Under the pieces are notes generated by a model. It saw nothing but the letters and a program-made list of their open reading frames with translations, was not told where the DNA came from and searched no databases. A program made the translations under genes and the position numbers. Below are positions 27,371 to 37,035 of a stretch of 64,000 nucleotides of DNA, one piece after another (within the stretch, counting starts at the first letter, position 1; each line of letters opens with the position of its first letter). Source of the DNA: Gammaproteobacteria bacterium (GTDB lineage Bacteria; Pseudomonadota; Gammaproteobacteria; BTQY01); the NCBI GenBank assembly GCA_036986115.1, contig BTQY01000002.1:49608-113607 (forward strand), in the 5' to 3' direction.

Positions 27371-27440
27371 ATTACTGTTCCTCTACTGTTAATTTCTGAC
27401 CAAAGAATTCACCGTCTCAAAGTACTAGCCCCTGTTCTGT

Positions 27441-28460
27441 TCAGGAGGTTTTCTTTGTGGTTTTCTTCGTAGATTTCTTCGTGGTCGTTTTTTTGCTTGT
27501 CTTCTTGGCCACCTTTTTCCTGGTCGTGGCCTTTTTCTTGGTAGTCGCCTTTTTTGCTACCGTTTTCCTGGTGACAGTCTTTGGTTTTGCCTCTTCCTTT
27601 ATACCGGATTCTTCTTCAGAATTTTCTGAATCTGCAGACTCTTCTTTTGCTTCATCGGCTGATTCAATGACCTTGCCCCTGGTCTTGATGGTCACCTTCT
27701 CACCTGTAGTAGCGACAGCACTCTTGCCAGTATCATCCACCTCGATAAATTCATCTTCCGGACCTTCAACACCCATAACGATCTCACGGCCTTCTGATAT
27801 CGCCGTTGCTATACCAGAGGCATACAAACGGATAGCACGGATCGCATCATCATTACCCGGAATAACATAATCAATTCCTTGTGGGGCATTATTGGTATCT
27901 ACAACACCGATAACGGGGATGCCCAGTTTCCTGGCTTCTGCCACAGCAATGTTTTCATAGCCCACATCGATAACAAACAAGGCATCTGGTAAACCACCCA
28001 TATCCTTGATGCCGCCCAGACTACGCTCGAGCTTTTCATGCTCACGGGTAAGGTTCAATGCTTCTTTTTTGCTGATTTTCTCGAATGAACCATCAGCAGC
28101 CATGATCTCAAGATCCTTGAGGCGTTTAATTGACTGGCGAACGGTCTTGTAGTTTGTCAGCATGCCACCCAGCCAGCGATGGTTTACATAGGGCATACCG
28201 CATTTGGTCGATTCCTCTTTGACAACCTGTTGCGCTGCACGCTTGGTTCCGACAAAAAGTATCTTGCCATTTTTGGAAGCCAGTTTGCCTGCAAAATTCA
28301 CTGCATCGTTATACAGCGGCAGGGTATGTTCCAGGTTAATGATGTGAATTTTATTACGAGCGCCGAAGATGTAATGAGACATCTTGGGGTTCCAGTAACG
28401 AGTCTGATGACCGAAATGCACACCGGCCTCCAGCATCTCACGCATGGATACTTTAGACAT
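27441..28460 (-). CDS. rpsB: 30S ribosomal protein S2 with a long C-terminal extension
   Basis: [27 protein letters not shown], then an acidic and a Lys/Thr-rich tail. Confidence 0.98.
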   Translation of the reverse strand: MSKVSMREMLEAGVHFGHQTRYWNPKMSHYIFGARNKIHIINLEHTLPLYNDAVNFAGKLASKNGKILFVGTKRAAQQVVKEESTKCGMPYVNHRWLGGMLTNYKTVRQSIKRLKDLEIMAADGSFEKISKKEALNLTREHEKLERSLGGIKDMGGLPDALFVIDVGYENIAVAEARKLGIPVIGVVDTNNAPQGIDYVIPGNDDAIRAIRLYASGIATAISEGREIVMGVEGPEDEFIEVDDTGKSAVATTGEKVTIKTRGKVIESADEAKEESADSENSEEESGIKEEAKPKTVTRKTVAKKATTKKKATTRKKVAKKTSKKTTTKKSTKKTTKKTS

Positions 28461-28476
28461 TATATTCTCCAAATTG

Positions 28477-28612
28477 TTGGGTTAAACCTGCATACACCCC
28501 ATATCTCAACCCATGATGTTAGTGTCGGGACAAATAGTAACCATGTAAAAAACATGGGTTTTATTGCTCCATTTTACTAACGGGCACCCGGAGTCATGTG
28601 ACGGTGTATGTT
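28477..28612 (-). ncRNA. rpsB leader (t44 / S2 autoregulatory element)
   Basis: Minus strand CATACACC...CCGGGTGCCC...GGGTT..ATATGGGGTGTATGCAGGTTTAACCCAAC resembles the enterobacterial t44 leader; outer stem 28603-28610 pairs with 28491-28498. Confidence 0.8.
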
Positions 28613-28684
28613 CGGATTTCGTTATTTACATACTCGCTGGCCTACTCGCTATACAGTGCCGGCGAATCCGTTGCTATAATAAGT

Positions 28685-28721
28685 GCGCGCGATTTATACC
28701 ATATACCGCCGCTTACAACAA
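28685..28721 (-). promoter_or_regulatory. rpsB sigma-70 extended -10 promoter with GC-rich discriminator
   Basis: Minus strand TTGTTG-N17-TATAAA, with TGG just upstream of the -10 and TCGCGCGC downstream, like the E. coli rpsB promoter. Confidence 0.6.
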
Positions 28722-28787
28722 TCCACAGGGGAGAAAAATCCTGTTTTCTGACAAAAAATCGGCTTTTTACCTGAAAATGAGGCCTAT

Positions 28788-29555
28788 ATGACCGTTTCCA
28801 TCAAGACAGCCGAAGAAATCGAGAAAATGCGTGTCGCTGGCCATCTCGCCGGTCAGGTTCTGACGATGATAGAAGAACACGTCAGGGCAGGGATCACGAC
28901 TGCGGAACTGGATACTATTTGCCATGATTTTATCGTTAACGAACAACAGGCCATCCCTGCCCCACTGAATTATCGTGGATTTCCAAAATCCATCTGTACC
29001 TCCATCAATCATCAGGTATGCCACGGGATCCCGGGGACGAAGAAGCTGAAAAATGGCGATGTTGTTAATATCGACATTACTGTGATCAAGGACGGCTATC
29101 ATGGCGACACCAGTCGCATGTTTTTTGCTGGCAGTCCCACCGTCATAGGCGAACGCATTGCAAGAATCAGCTATGAATGCATGAAGATCGGTATAGAGAT
29201 GGTCAGGCCTGGTATACGCCTGGGAGATATTGGCCATGCGATACAAACGCACGCCGAAAAAAATAATTGCTCCGTGGTTCGTGAGTACTGTGGTCATGGC
29301 ATCGGGGTCAACTTCCACGAAGAACCCCAGGTCCTGCACTACGGCGAAGCCGGCACGGGTCTTGAGCTGCAAACTGGTATGACCTTTACCATTGAGCCGA
29401 TGATTAATGCCGGTAAGCACGATGTCAGGTTATTGAAAGATAACTGGACCGTCGTCACCAAAGATCACAGTATGTCCGCACAATGGGAGCATACGATTCT
29501 GGTGGTACCAGATGGACATGAAGTCTTAACTCTCCGTGAGGGTGACACGCTGTAG
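28788..29555 (+). CDS. map: Methionine aminopeptidase type I
   Basis: CHGIP, DGYHGDTS, GHGIG..FHEEP, FTIEPMIN, AQWEHT. Confidence 0.99.
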   Translation: MTVSIKTAEEIEKMRVAGHLAGQVLTMIEEHVRAGITTAELDTICHDFIVNEQQAIPAPLNYRGFPKSICTSINHQVCHGIPGTKKLKNGDVVNIDITVIKDGYHGDTSRMFFAGSPTVIGERIARISYECMKIGIEMVRPGIRLGDIGHAIQTHAEKNNCSVVREYCGHGIGVNFHEEPQVLHYGEAGTGLELQTGMTFTIEPMINAGKHDVRLLKDNWTVVTKDHSMSAQWEHTILVVPDGHEVLTLREGDTL

Positions 29556-29582
29556 TGGCCTATTTAAAGGATCTTCTCTAAT

Positions 29583-32213
29583 TTGTTTGACTTTGCTCAT
29601 ATCCTTGATGATCTTGAATCATCCGACAAACATCCCGTCAAGGCATACCGGGATGTCCTCGCCAGGGCCAATGAACAACTGAAACAGGCCTTCTTCGACA
29701 ATCAGTCGGTTAACGCTCTTGTAAAAGCCCGTTCTGATCTTATTGACTCAATACTCGACCACGCCTGGAGACGAATTGTTATTGAAGAGTCTGGCCAGAC
29801 TGCATGCAGCCTGGTTGCGGTTGGTGGCTACGGTCGCGGCGAATTACATCCACACTCCGATATCGATTTATTAATCCTTCTTCCCCGCAAGAAGAAACAT
29901 TATTCTGCATCATCCATTGAACAGTTTCATACCTTCCTGTGGGATATTGGCCTTGATGTCGGCCAAAGTGCCCGGACAGTAAAAGACTGTGTGTATGAAG
30001 CCAGACATGATATCACCATCGCCACCAACCTGATGGAAGCCCGTCTCATTGCAGGCCCTAAAGATATCTACGATGAAATGCGCAAGGCAACGGGGCCAAA
30101 AAGATTATGGAAAAGCAGGGATTTCTGTAAATACAAGTTAAAAGAGCAACAAAACCGTCATCACAAATTCTATGACACCACCTACAATCTGGAGCCAAAC
30201 ATCAAGGAAGGTCCGGGTGGTTTACGTGATATACAAATGGTCGGCTGGGTTGTAAAACGCCATTTCGATGTGGATAACCTGCATGAACTGGTCGAGCATG
30301 AGTTTCTGACGGAAAATGAATTCAAGTCGCTTATCGATGGCCAGGAGTTTCTATGGAAGATCCGTATGGCCTTGCACTACCTGACAGGCCGCAGAGAGGA
30401 TCGGCTGCTTTTTGATCATCAGCATACACTGGCCAAACAGTTTCTGTTTACCGGAAAAAACAATGAGCTCGCCGTCGAGCAATTCATGAAACTCTACTAC
30501 CGGACAGTCGTTGAATTAAACCGTCTGAATGAAATGCTGTTACAACTGTTTCAGGAAGTCATCCTGCTGGCAGACAGGAAACATGCCATATCGCCTATTA
30601 ACCCGAGGTTCCAGTCCCGCAACGGATATATCGAGGTAACATCAAGCGATGTGATTTCAAATAATCCATTTACCCTGCTGGAGATTTTCCTGATCCTGGA
30701 ACAGCGGAGTGAACTCAGGGGCGTACGCGCAGAAACAATCAGACTCATCAGAGATGCCCTGCCACTAATCAATGATGAATTCCGCCGCGATGCTTATTGT
30801 CGCCAGCTATTTATCGATATACTCAGACAACCTCAGGGAATCACACATGAATTGAGGCGCATGAACCGCTATGGTGTATTGGCCGCCTACCTGCCGGAAT
30901 TCAATGCTATCGTTGGCCAAATGCAATATGACCTGTTCCATGTCTACACTGTGGATGAGCACACCTTGTTCGTGGTACGGAATCTGCGTCGCTTCATGGT
31001 GCCGGAGTTTTATGATGAATTTCCACAATGCAGCAACATCATGTGCTCACTGGACAAACCCGAGATCCTGTATATAGCGGGGTTATACCATGATATAGCC
31101 AAGGGGCGCGGCGGCGATCATTCCACACTGGGGGCCGACGACGCCATGAATTTCTGCCTGCGGCACAGTATGAATCAGTATGAGGCGAAAATGGTCTCCT
31201 GGCTGGTTAAAAACCATTTATTAATGTCGATGACTGCACAGCGTAAGGATATCAGTGACCCGGAAGTCATCAATCACTTTGCAGAGCAGATTGGCGACAA
31301 ACAGCACCTGGATCTGCTATATCTACTGACCGTGGCTGATATACGCGGAACGAATCCGGAATTATGGACCACATGGAAAGCCGCATTGCTATGGAGCCTG
31401 TTCACCTCCACCAGACAGGCCTTTCGACGCGGTTTAAACAAGCCGATTGACCAGTCTGAACGTATCAGCAGAACATTATCAGATACGCGAACATTACTGC
31501 ACGAACAGGATATCGATGAGGACAAGGTCAATGGAGTATGGTCAAATCTGACAGACGATTATTTTTTAAGATACTCCCCCCAGGATATCTGCCGCCATAC
31601 TCTGGCCATTATAGAATTCGGTGCATCCAGCGGGCCACTGGTATTTATCTATGAGCCCGAGGATACTGGTGGCACAGCTATATTTATATACACAACAATA
31701 CGTGAAGATCTGTTTGCCACTATCACTGCCACACTGGATCAGCTTGGCCTCAGCATTGTAGATGCCAGGATCATACACTCAAGAGACGACATGACACTGG
31801 ACACCTACCTGGTGCTGGATGAGCGTGGCAAAACGATACGTGATGAAAATAATTTATCTGTCATCATCAATGCGCTGAACAAGCAAATAAATTCGCCCGA
31901 TATAACCGCGGACAGTGTTAGTCGCAGGTTGCCTCGCCAGCATAAACATTTCCAGACCGACACGGAAGTCATCTTTACTGAAGACAAGAATAATAACCGC
32001 ACCATCATGGAAGTCATTGCATCTGACCAGCCGGGATTGCTTGCCAAGACCGGGAAAATACTGCAGCAGCATGATATCCATATTCAGAATGCAAAGATCA
32101 CCACAATGGGTAACCGCGTTGAAGATATCTTCTATATTACTGACGAACACCACTCCATGCTGGATGACAGCACACAAAGTGTTCTCCGTGCTGAAATTAT
32201 TGAGGCCTTGTAA
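29583..32213 (+). CDS. glnD: [Protein-PII] uridylyltransferase / uridylyl-removing enzyme
   Basis: AVGGYGRGELHPHSDIDL, GGLRD, HVYTVDEH, HDIAKGRGGDH, two ACT domains. Confidence 0.98.
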   Translation: MFDFAHILDDLESSDKHPVKAYRDVLARANEQLKQAFFDNQSVNALVKARSDLIDSILDHAWRRIVIEESGQTACSLVAVGGYGRGELHPHSDIDLLILLPRKKKHYSASSIEQFHTFLWDIGLDVGQSARTVKDCVYEARHDITIATNLMEARLIAGPKDIYDEMRKATGPKRLWKSRDFCKYKLKEQQNRHHKFYDTTYNLEPNIKEGPGGLRDIQMVGWVVKRHFDVDNLHELVEHEFLTENEFKSLIDGQEFLWKIRMALHYLTGRREDRLLFDHQHTLAKQFLFTGKNNELAVEQFMKLYYRTVVELNRLNEMLLQLFQEVILLADRKHAISPINPRFQSRNGYIEVTSSDVISNNPFTLLEIFLILEQRSELRGVRAETIRLIRDALPLINDEFRRDAYCRQLFIDILRQPQGITHELRRMNRYGVLAAYLPEFNAIVGQMQYDLFHVYTVDEHTLFVVRNLRRFMVPEFYDEFPQCSNIMCSLDKPEILYIAGLYHDIAKGRGGDHSTLGADDAMNFCLRHSMNQYEAKMVSWLVKNHLLMSMTAQRKDISDPEVINHFAEQIGDKQHLDLLYLLTVADIRGTNPELWTTWKAALLWSLFTSTRQAFRRGLNKPIDQSERISRTLSDTRTLLHEQDIDEDKVNGVWSNLTDDYFLRYSPQDICRHTLAIIEFGASSGPLVFIYEPEDTGGTAIFIYTTIREDLFATITATLDQLGLSIVDARIIHSRDDMTLDTYLVLDERGKTIRDENNLSVIINALNKQINSPDITADSVSRRLPRQHKHFQTDTEVIFTEDKNNNRTIMEVIASDQPGLLAKTGKILQQHDIHIQNAKITTMGNRVEDIFYITDEHHSMLDDSTQSVLRAEIIEAL

Positions 32214-32291
32214 AGTACTGCGCAAATTGCTCCCGGGAACTGTCACCAGCCAGAAAACGATAATGGAACAACCCGGCTAAAGTATGAATTA

Positions 32292-33167
32292 TCAGGGGAT
32301 CTTCTTTTTTTCCTGCATTTCATGAATCAGTGGCGTCAGAATCACTTCCATTGCAAAGCCCATCTTGCCACCGGGCACCACGATGGTGTTAGGCCGGGAC
32401 ATAAAAGAATCATGGATCATGTTTAACAGATATGGGAAATCCACGCCCGTTTTCTTCGGATCCCTGAAGCGTATAACCACAAAGCTTTCATCAGGCGTCG
32501 GAATATCTCTGGCGATAAACGGGTTAGAAGTATCTACCGTGGGGACACGCTGAAAGTTGATGTCTGTACGCGAAAACTGTGGCGTAATATAGTGGACGTA
32601 ATCAGACATACGACGCAGGATGGTATCCACAATGGCCTCGGGCGAATAACCACGCTGATCCGCATCACGATGGATCTTCTGGATCCATTCCAGATTGACG
32701 ATAGGCACCACACCAATGAGCAGATCCACAAATGTAGAGACATCCGTGTTGTCATTAGCCACACCACCATGCAGGCCCTCATAAAACAGCAAATCTGTCC
32801 CCTCACCTACTGTCTCCCACGGAGTAAATTCACCAGGATTCTGACCAAATGGTGCGGCTTCTTCTTCGCTGTGCAGATAATAACGGCGTTCACATTGTCC
32901 GCTGTCGCCATACAATTTGAACGTTTCGCCAATCTTGGCAAACAAGTTGGCATCCGGGCCAAAATGGCTCAGGTTCTTACCTTGTTTGGCAACCGCTTCA
33001 ATCTGCTGCTTCATCTCCGTTCGATCAAAGCGATGGTAGCTGTCGCCCTCAATGACCAGTGGGGTCATATCCTCCCGACGGAAGATATGCTCGAAGGCCG
33101 TCTTGACCGTGGTGGTACCTGCACCTGATGAGCCAGTGATAGCGATAACTGGGTGTTTATCCGACAT
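32292..33167 (-). CDS. prkB: Phosphoribulokinase (proteobacterial type)
   Basis: MSDKHPVIAITGSSGAGTT, FYEGLHG, NLEWIQKIHRD, FQRVPTVDTSNPF; ATG at 33167 follows GAGGCGGAG. Confidence 0.95.
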   Translation of the reverse strand: MSDKHPVIAITGSSGAGTTTVKTAFEHIFRREDMTPLVIEGDSYHRFDRTEMKQQIEAVAKQGKNLSHFGPDANLFAKIGETFKLYGDSGQCERRYYLHSEEEAAPFGQNPGEFTPWETVGEGTDLLFYEGLHGGVANDNTDVSTFVDLLIGVVPIVNLEWIQKIHRDADQRGYSPEAIVDTILRRMSDYVHYITPQFSRTDINFQRVPTVDTSNPFIARDIPTPDESFVVIRFRDPKKTGVDFPYLLNMIHDSFMSRPNTIVVPGGKMGFAMEVILTPLIHEMQEKKKIP

Positions 33168-33244
33168 TACTCCGCCTCTTGTTATTCCAAAGGCCGGATA
33201 TGATAACAGCATCCCGGCCATCGGCCTAGCGATCACTGTCACTA

Positions 33245-33463
33245 GTGGCCTAACAAGCCCATATTGACGGGTTCAGTTGGTCTGTCAGCGTTCATGGCAA
33301 GACGCGCCTCGCAGCGAATGGCCTTAGTCCTTCGCAAGAGGCGGAACGCAGCCATGGACGCTGACAGACCAACCCTTCGGGCCACCCCTGTGGTGTCCCG
33401 CGGTGGCCTTGCCCGAAACATCACAGGAACGCTGAACCCGTCAATATGGGCTTGTTAGGCCAC
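33245..33463. mobile_element. MITE-like element 1 (219 bp)
   Basis: Perfect 32-bp terminal inverted repeats (33245-33276 / 33432-33463) flanked by a CTA direct repeat; internal 23-bp stem 33276-33298 / 33351-33373; no transposase. Confidence 0.85.
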
Positions 33464-33690
33464 CTATACCCCGCCATAATTCCGGGAAGTGTCCCGGTAT
33501 TGTTTATATCTTATTGATTCCTATTTAGATGTTGGTTTTTATTTTGCAGGTGACTCAGGTTACAGGGAAGTCTATGCTGTTAATTCAAGCTACGGATAGA
33601 ATAGCAAAATAATGTGCCGAAGCAGATAGACTCGCACTACTAGCCAGGCTGATCCAATTAATGATAATATCTTATATTACAATAACTTAG

Positions 33691-34368
33691 ATGCTTTTTA
33701 TATACAGCGCTTCAAAAAGCCATCAGCGCAGCCAGGCGTTCATCATCGCCTTATTGATGATGATATCGTTACTGGCGACGGCCGAGATCCTGTTCGATAT
33801 GTCGAAATTGCAGTATTATTCTGACAAATATGGCTCATCCGCCGCTGAGCGCCTGCAGGACTGGAATGAGATGCTGGGGTCCGCCGAGCTCAAGGGATTA
33901 CCTGAACTAGAGAAACTCAAGCGGGTGAATGACTTCTTTAACCAGATGGAATTTGTCTCGGATCTGGATCACTGGGGAGAAATGGACTACTGGGCGACAC
34001 CTGTTGAGTTTCTCGCCACCAACGGTGGTGATTGCGAGGATTTCTCCATCGCAAAGTACCTGACCCTGCGGCACCTGGGTGTTTCCGCAGAAAAATTACG
34101 CATTACCTACGTCAAGGCGTTAACAATCAACCAGGCCCACATGGTGTTGACCTATTTCACCACGCCTGATGCCGAGCCCATAGTGCTGGACAACCTGGTG
34201 GCAGATATTTTGCCCGCCTCTCAGCGGGATGACCTGATACCTGTCTATAGCTTTAATGGTGACAATCTCTGGTTGTCCAAGTCACTGCGTGGTCGCGGAC
34301 AACTGGTGGGTGGTTCTGATCGAATTAAACGCTGGAAAGAGCTACGAGAACGGATGACAACTCAATAA
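33691..34368 (+). CDS. lapG: LapG-like periplasmic transglutaminase-like cysteine protease
   Basis: DYWATP, GGDCEDFSIAKY, AHMVL, VLDNL (Cys-His-Asp triad); adjacent to lapD. Confidence 0.9.
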   Translation: MLFIYSASKSHQRSQAFIIALLMMISLLATAEILFDMSKLQYYSDKYGSSAAERLQDWNEMLGSAELKGLPELEKLKRVNDFFNQMEFVSDLDHWGEMDYWATPVEFLATNGGDCEDFSIAKYLTLRHLGVSAEKLRITYVKALTINQAHMVLTYFTTPDAEPIVLDNLVADILPASQRDDLIPVYSFNGDNLWLSKSLRGRGQLVGGSDRIKRWKELRERMTTQ

Positions 34369-34384
34369 CAACAGGAATTCAACG

Positions 34385-36349
34385 ATGCGATTATCACAAC
34401 AACTTTTTCTTATCATCGCCTTATTATTTGTTCTGGTGTTTGTTGGCGCTCTGTCGGCCAACATTGTGAACACACGAAACTATATAAACAAGAGCCTTGA
34501 ATTCCATGCCCAGGATACTGCCACCTCACTTGGACTGACACTGACCCACTATGTAAAAAAGGATGACCTGCCAGCGATGAATTCGATGGTAGATGCCGTC
34601 TTTGACCGTGGTTATTTCCAGAAAATAGTGGTCACCAAAACGACTGGCGAAGACCTCGTCAAACGGGATATCAAGGTCATTGTAAAAGGTGTCCCATCCT
34701 GGTTTATGTCACTGTTACCACTGGAGACCCCTGAAGCCACCGCAACAGTCATGGCCGGCTGGAAGCAACTGGCTACTGTGCATGTTCGCAGCCACCCTGG
34801 CTATGCCTATAATGAACTTTGGAACGCTACCAAGGCAACCGGGGTCTGGTTACTAATCGCTGGCGTCATTGCCTTTATACTGGCGGCAATCCTGCTGCGC
34901 ATGATCCTGGCGCCATTAAAACAGGTGGAAAACCAGGCCTTGTCTATTTCCAATCGTGAATTTCCAGTACTGCCCAATCTGCCATGGACTATAGAGCTGC
35001 GACATGTCGTCATCGCGATGAACAAGATGACTACCAAAGTCCAGGATATGCTGAACTCGCAAACTGAACTTACGGAAAAGATGCGTTCGCTCGCCTACGA
35101 AGATGAAGTCACCGGGCTATACAATCGACGCAATTTCGAGGAACGACTCAACCATATCGTCAACAATCCCGATGAATTTTCATTCGGCGCATTGTTCCTG
35201 ATACAAATCGCAGACTTCAAAAACTTCAATGAGAAGCATGGCTACGAGGCCGGTGATACCTTGCTAGGCAATGCTGCCACATTAATAAAGGATGCTGTTG
35301 GTAATGACGATCGTATGTTACTGGCAAGACTGTCGGGGGCTGACTTTGCAATCCTGGGACAGAACCTACCATTAGAAGATGCTGAGTTTCTTGCCTCAAG
35401 TCTGAGTCAGTCATTCACCAGACTTTCAGTGGATCAGAATATGGCGACAACCAATATCGGCGTCGCCTATATCGAACCAGGACAATCGCCTGAACACTTC
35501 CTGTCCCTGGCCGATGCGGCACTACGGGCCGCCGAATCTCAGGGAGAAAACAGCTGGCACGTACAAAAGGCCTCTGAATCCGGTGGAGTGAATCTTGGTG
35601 CCACTCAATGGCGAGAGGCATTACAGGATGTGCTTAAAACAAGGCAGATTTTTCTGTATGCTCAGCCGGTGTATGCCTGTCAGGACAAGGCACTGCATCA
35701 CATCGAACTATTACCCCGCATCCAGACCCATCCTGATACCCCGCCAGTATCGGCCGGTATATTTATCCCGGTCGCCGAACACTATGGCATGGTACATGAC
35801 GTCGATAAAATGGTGGTGGAAAAGGCCATAGAACACGTAAAATCCCTGTCTGAAGACATACATTTCGCGGTCAACCTGTCCCCCTCTTCAATACTGGATA
35901 GTGCCTTTATAAAATGGCTGTGTAATACGCTGGCAACATCCACTATTGCCACACAACTGATTGTTGAAACCTCCGAGACTGGCACGGTGGCGGATCTGGA
36001 CGCTCTTACCCGGGCAGTTAACAGTATTCGCGAAACCGGCTGCCGTTTCTCCATTGACCACTTTGGCAGCAGCTCAACATCATTTGGCTATATCAAATCC
36101 CTGAAGGTCGATTACATCAAGGTGGATGGCAGCTATATCAGCAACATTAATGAAAATGAGGATAGCCAGTTCTTTATCAGTTCACTGGCGAAGATTGCCC
36201 ATGGTCTGGAGATACAAATCATTGCTGAGTTTGTCGAGACCAGGGAAGAGCTGGACATACTCAAATCACTCGGCATCGATGCCGCACAGGGATATCTGCT
36301 CGGTGTACCACAGGAGGACATGCCGCCGCAGAGTTTCGATTGTGATTAG
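34385..36349 (+). CDS. lapD: LapD-like transmembrane c-di-GMP receptor (periplasmic-HAMP-degenerate GGDEF-EAL)
   Basis: HAQDTATSLGL and GWKQ periplasmic motifs, degenerate SGADF, EAL domain with ELLPR and IDHFG. Confidence 0.9.
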   Translation: MRLSQQLFLIIALLFVLVFVGALSANIVNTRNYINKSLEFHAQDTATSLGLTLTHYVKKDDLPAMNSMVDAVFDRGYFQKIVVTKTTGEDLVKRDIKVIVKGVPSWFMSLLPLETPEATATVMAGWKQLATVHVRSHPGYAYNELWNATKATGVWLLIAGVIAFILAAILLRMILAPLKQVENQALSISNREFPVLPNLPWTIELRHVVIAMNKMTTKVQDMLNSQTELTEKMRSLAYEDEVTGLYNRRNFEERLNHIVNNPDEFSFGALFLIQIADFKNFNEKHGYEAGDTLLGNAATLIKDAVGNDDRMLLARLSGADFAILGQNLPLEDAEFLASSLSQSFTRLSVDQNMATTNIGVAYIEPGQSPEHFLSLADAALRAAESQGENSWHVQKASESGGVNLGATQWREALQDVLKTRQIFLYAQPVYACQDKALHHIELLPRIQTHPDTPPVSAGIFIPVAEHYGMVHDVDKMVVEKAIEHVKSLSEDIHFAVNLSPSSILDSAFIKWLCNTLATSTIATQLIVETSETGTVADLDALTRAVNSIRETGCRFSIDHFGSSSTSFGYIKSLKVDYIKVDGSYISNINENEDSQFFISSLAKIAHGLEIQIIAEFVETREELDILKSLGIDAAQGYLLGVPQEDMPPQSFDCD

Positions 36350-36472
36350 AAAAATCAGTCCGCAAATTAACGCAAAAAAAGCAAATCTATAAAGGCTTGT
36401 CATAAAACGCCGAGGATACCAGTAGGGAGAGCTCATAAAAGGGAAAACATTTATTCAGTCTATTGATCTTTT

Positions 36473-36568
36473 GTAGGCCTGATACACCCGGCATCGCCGG
36501 GTGTATCAGGCGGGGTGCCTAATCAGACTCCTGCGCCGGATACACGCTACGCGTTTAATCCGGCCTAC
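36473..36568. repeat. GTAG-type REP doublet resembling E. coli REP/BIME
   Basis: GTAGGCCTGATACACCCGGC..GCCGGGTGTATCAGGC (36473-36511) and GCCGGATA...ATCCGGCCTAC (36535-36568). Confidence 0.8.
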
Positions 36569-36758
36569 ATGAACTGCTATGTAGCGCGGTACAAAAAGAA
36601 TTACCACGGGGAACACTGGGAAGACACGGGGATATTAAAAGTATTCGCACCATAGAATATATTTCTCTGTAACCTCCGTGTCCTCTGTGGTGAAAGATCT
36701 TTGCCCGCGAATGCGACGTACAGAGATGTACCAGGGTCGCGTGAGTGAAGTAGTCATG

Positions 36759-36874
36759 GTAGGTTGGGTTGAACCATCAGAGATGGCGAAGCCCAACGGG
36801 GTTTCCCGAATGATGTTAGCCACATTATATTTCGTGGCCTCCCGTGTTGGGCTTCATGCTTCAGCCCAACCTAC
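36759..36874. repeat. Second GTAG-type REP doublet (GTAGGTTGGG family)
   Basis: GTAGGTTGGGTTGAA...GAAGCCCAAC (36759-36797) and GTTGGGCTTCA...TCAGCCCAACCTAC (36846-36874). Confidence 0.8.
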
Positions 36875-36988
36875 GAAACTTGGCGTCCTCCGCGACCTCT
36901 GCGGTTAATTATTAATATTTCTATTCTCAGATTTTATTTGCTTTTTTTGCGTTAATTTGCGGACTGATTTTCTTTTCCCGACACACAT

Positions 36989-37013
36989 AAAAAAGCCCGC
37001 ATAAAAGCGGGCT
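36989..37013 (-). terminator. Rho-independent terminator of the PEP-CTERM gene
   Basis: Stem AGCCCGC/GCGGGCT with a 6-nt loop, followed by a T-run on the minus strand. Confidence 0.8.
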
Positions 37014-37035
37014 CCTTTATGAGGGGATGTGTTTA

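Larger units (their letters stand above)
36351..36971. repeat. Composite nested repeat region bounded by a perfect 36-bp inverted repeat
   Basis: AAAATCAGTCCGCAAATTAACGCAAAAAAAGCAAAT (36351-36386) and its reverse complement (36936-36971) enclose several further inverted pairs. Confidence 0.9.

Noticed and set aside
28767-29420. 217-aa ORF antisense to map
   Set aside because: Shadow ORF of a conserved gene.
33242-33458. 60-aa and 64-aa ORFs on opposite strands
   Set aside because: They lie within the palindromic MITE and have no protein-like features.
36635-36908. Short ORFs in the repeat mosaic
   Set aside because: They read through REP sequences and show no RAYT/HUH or other motif.
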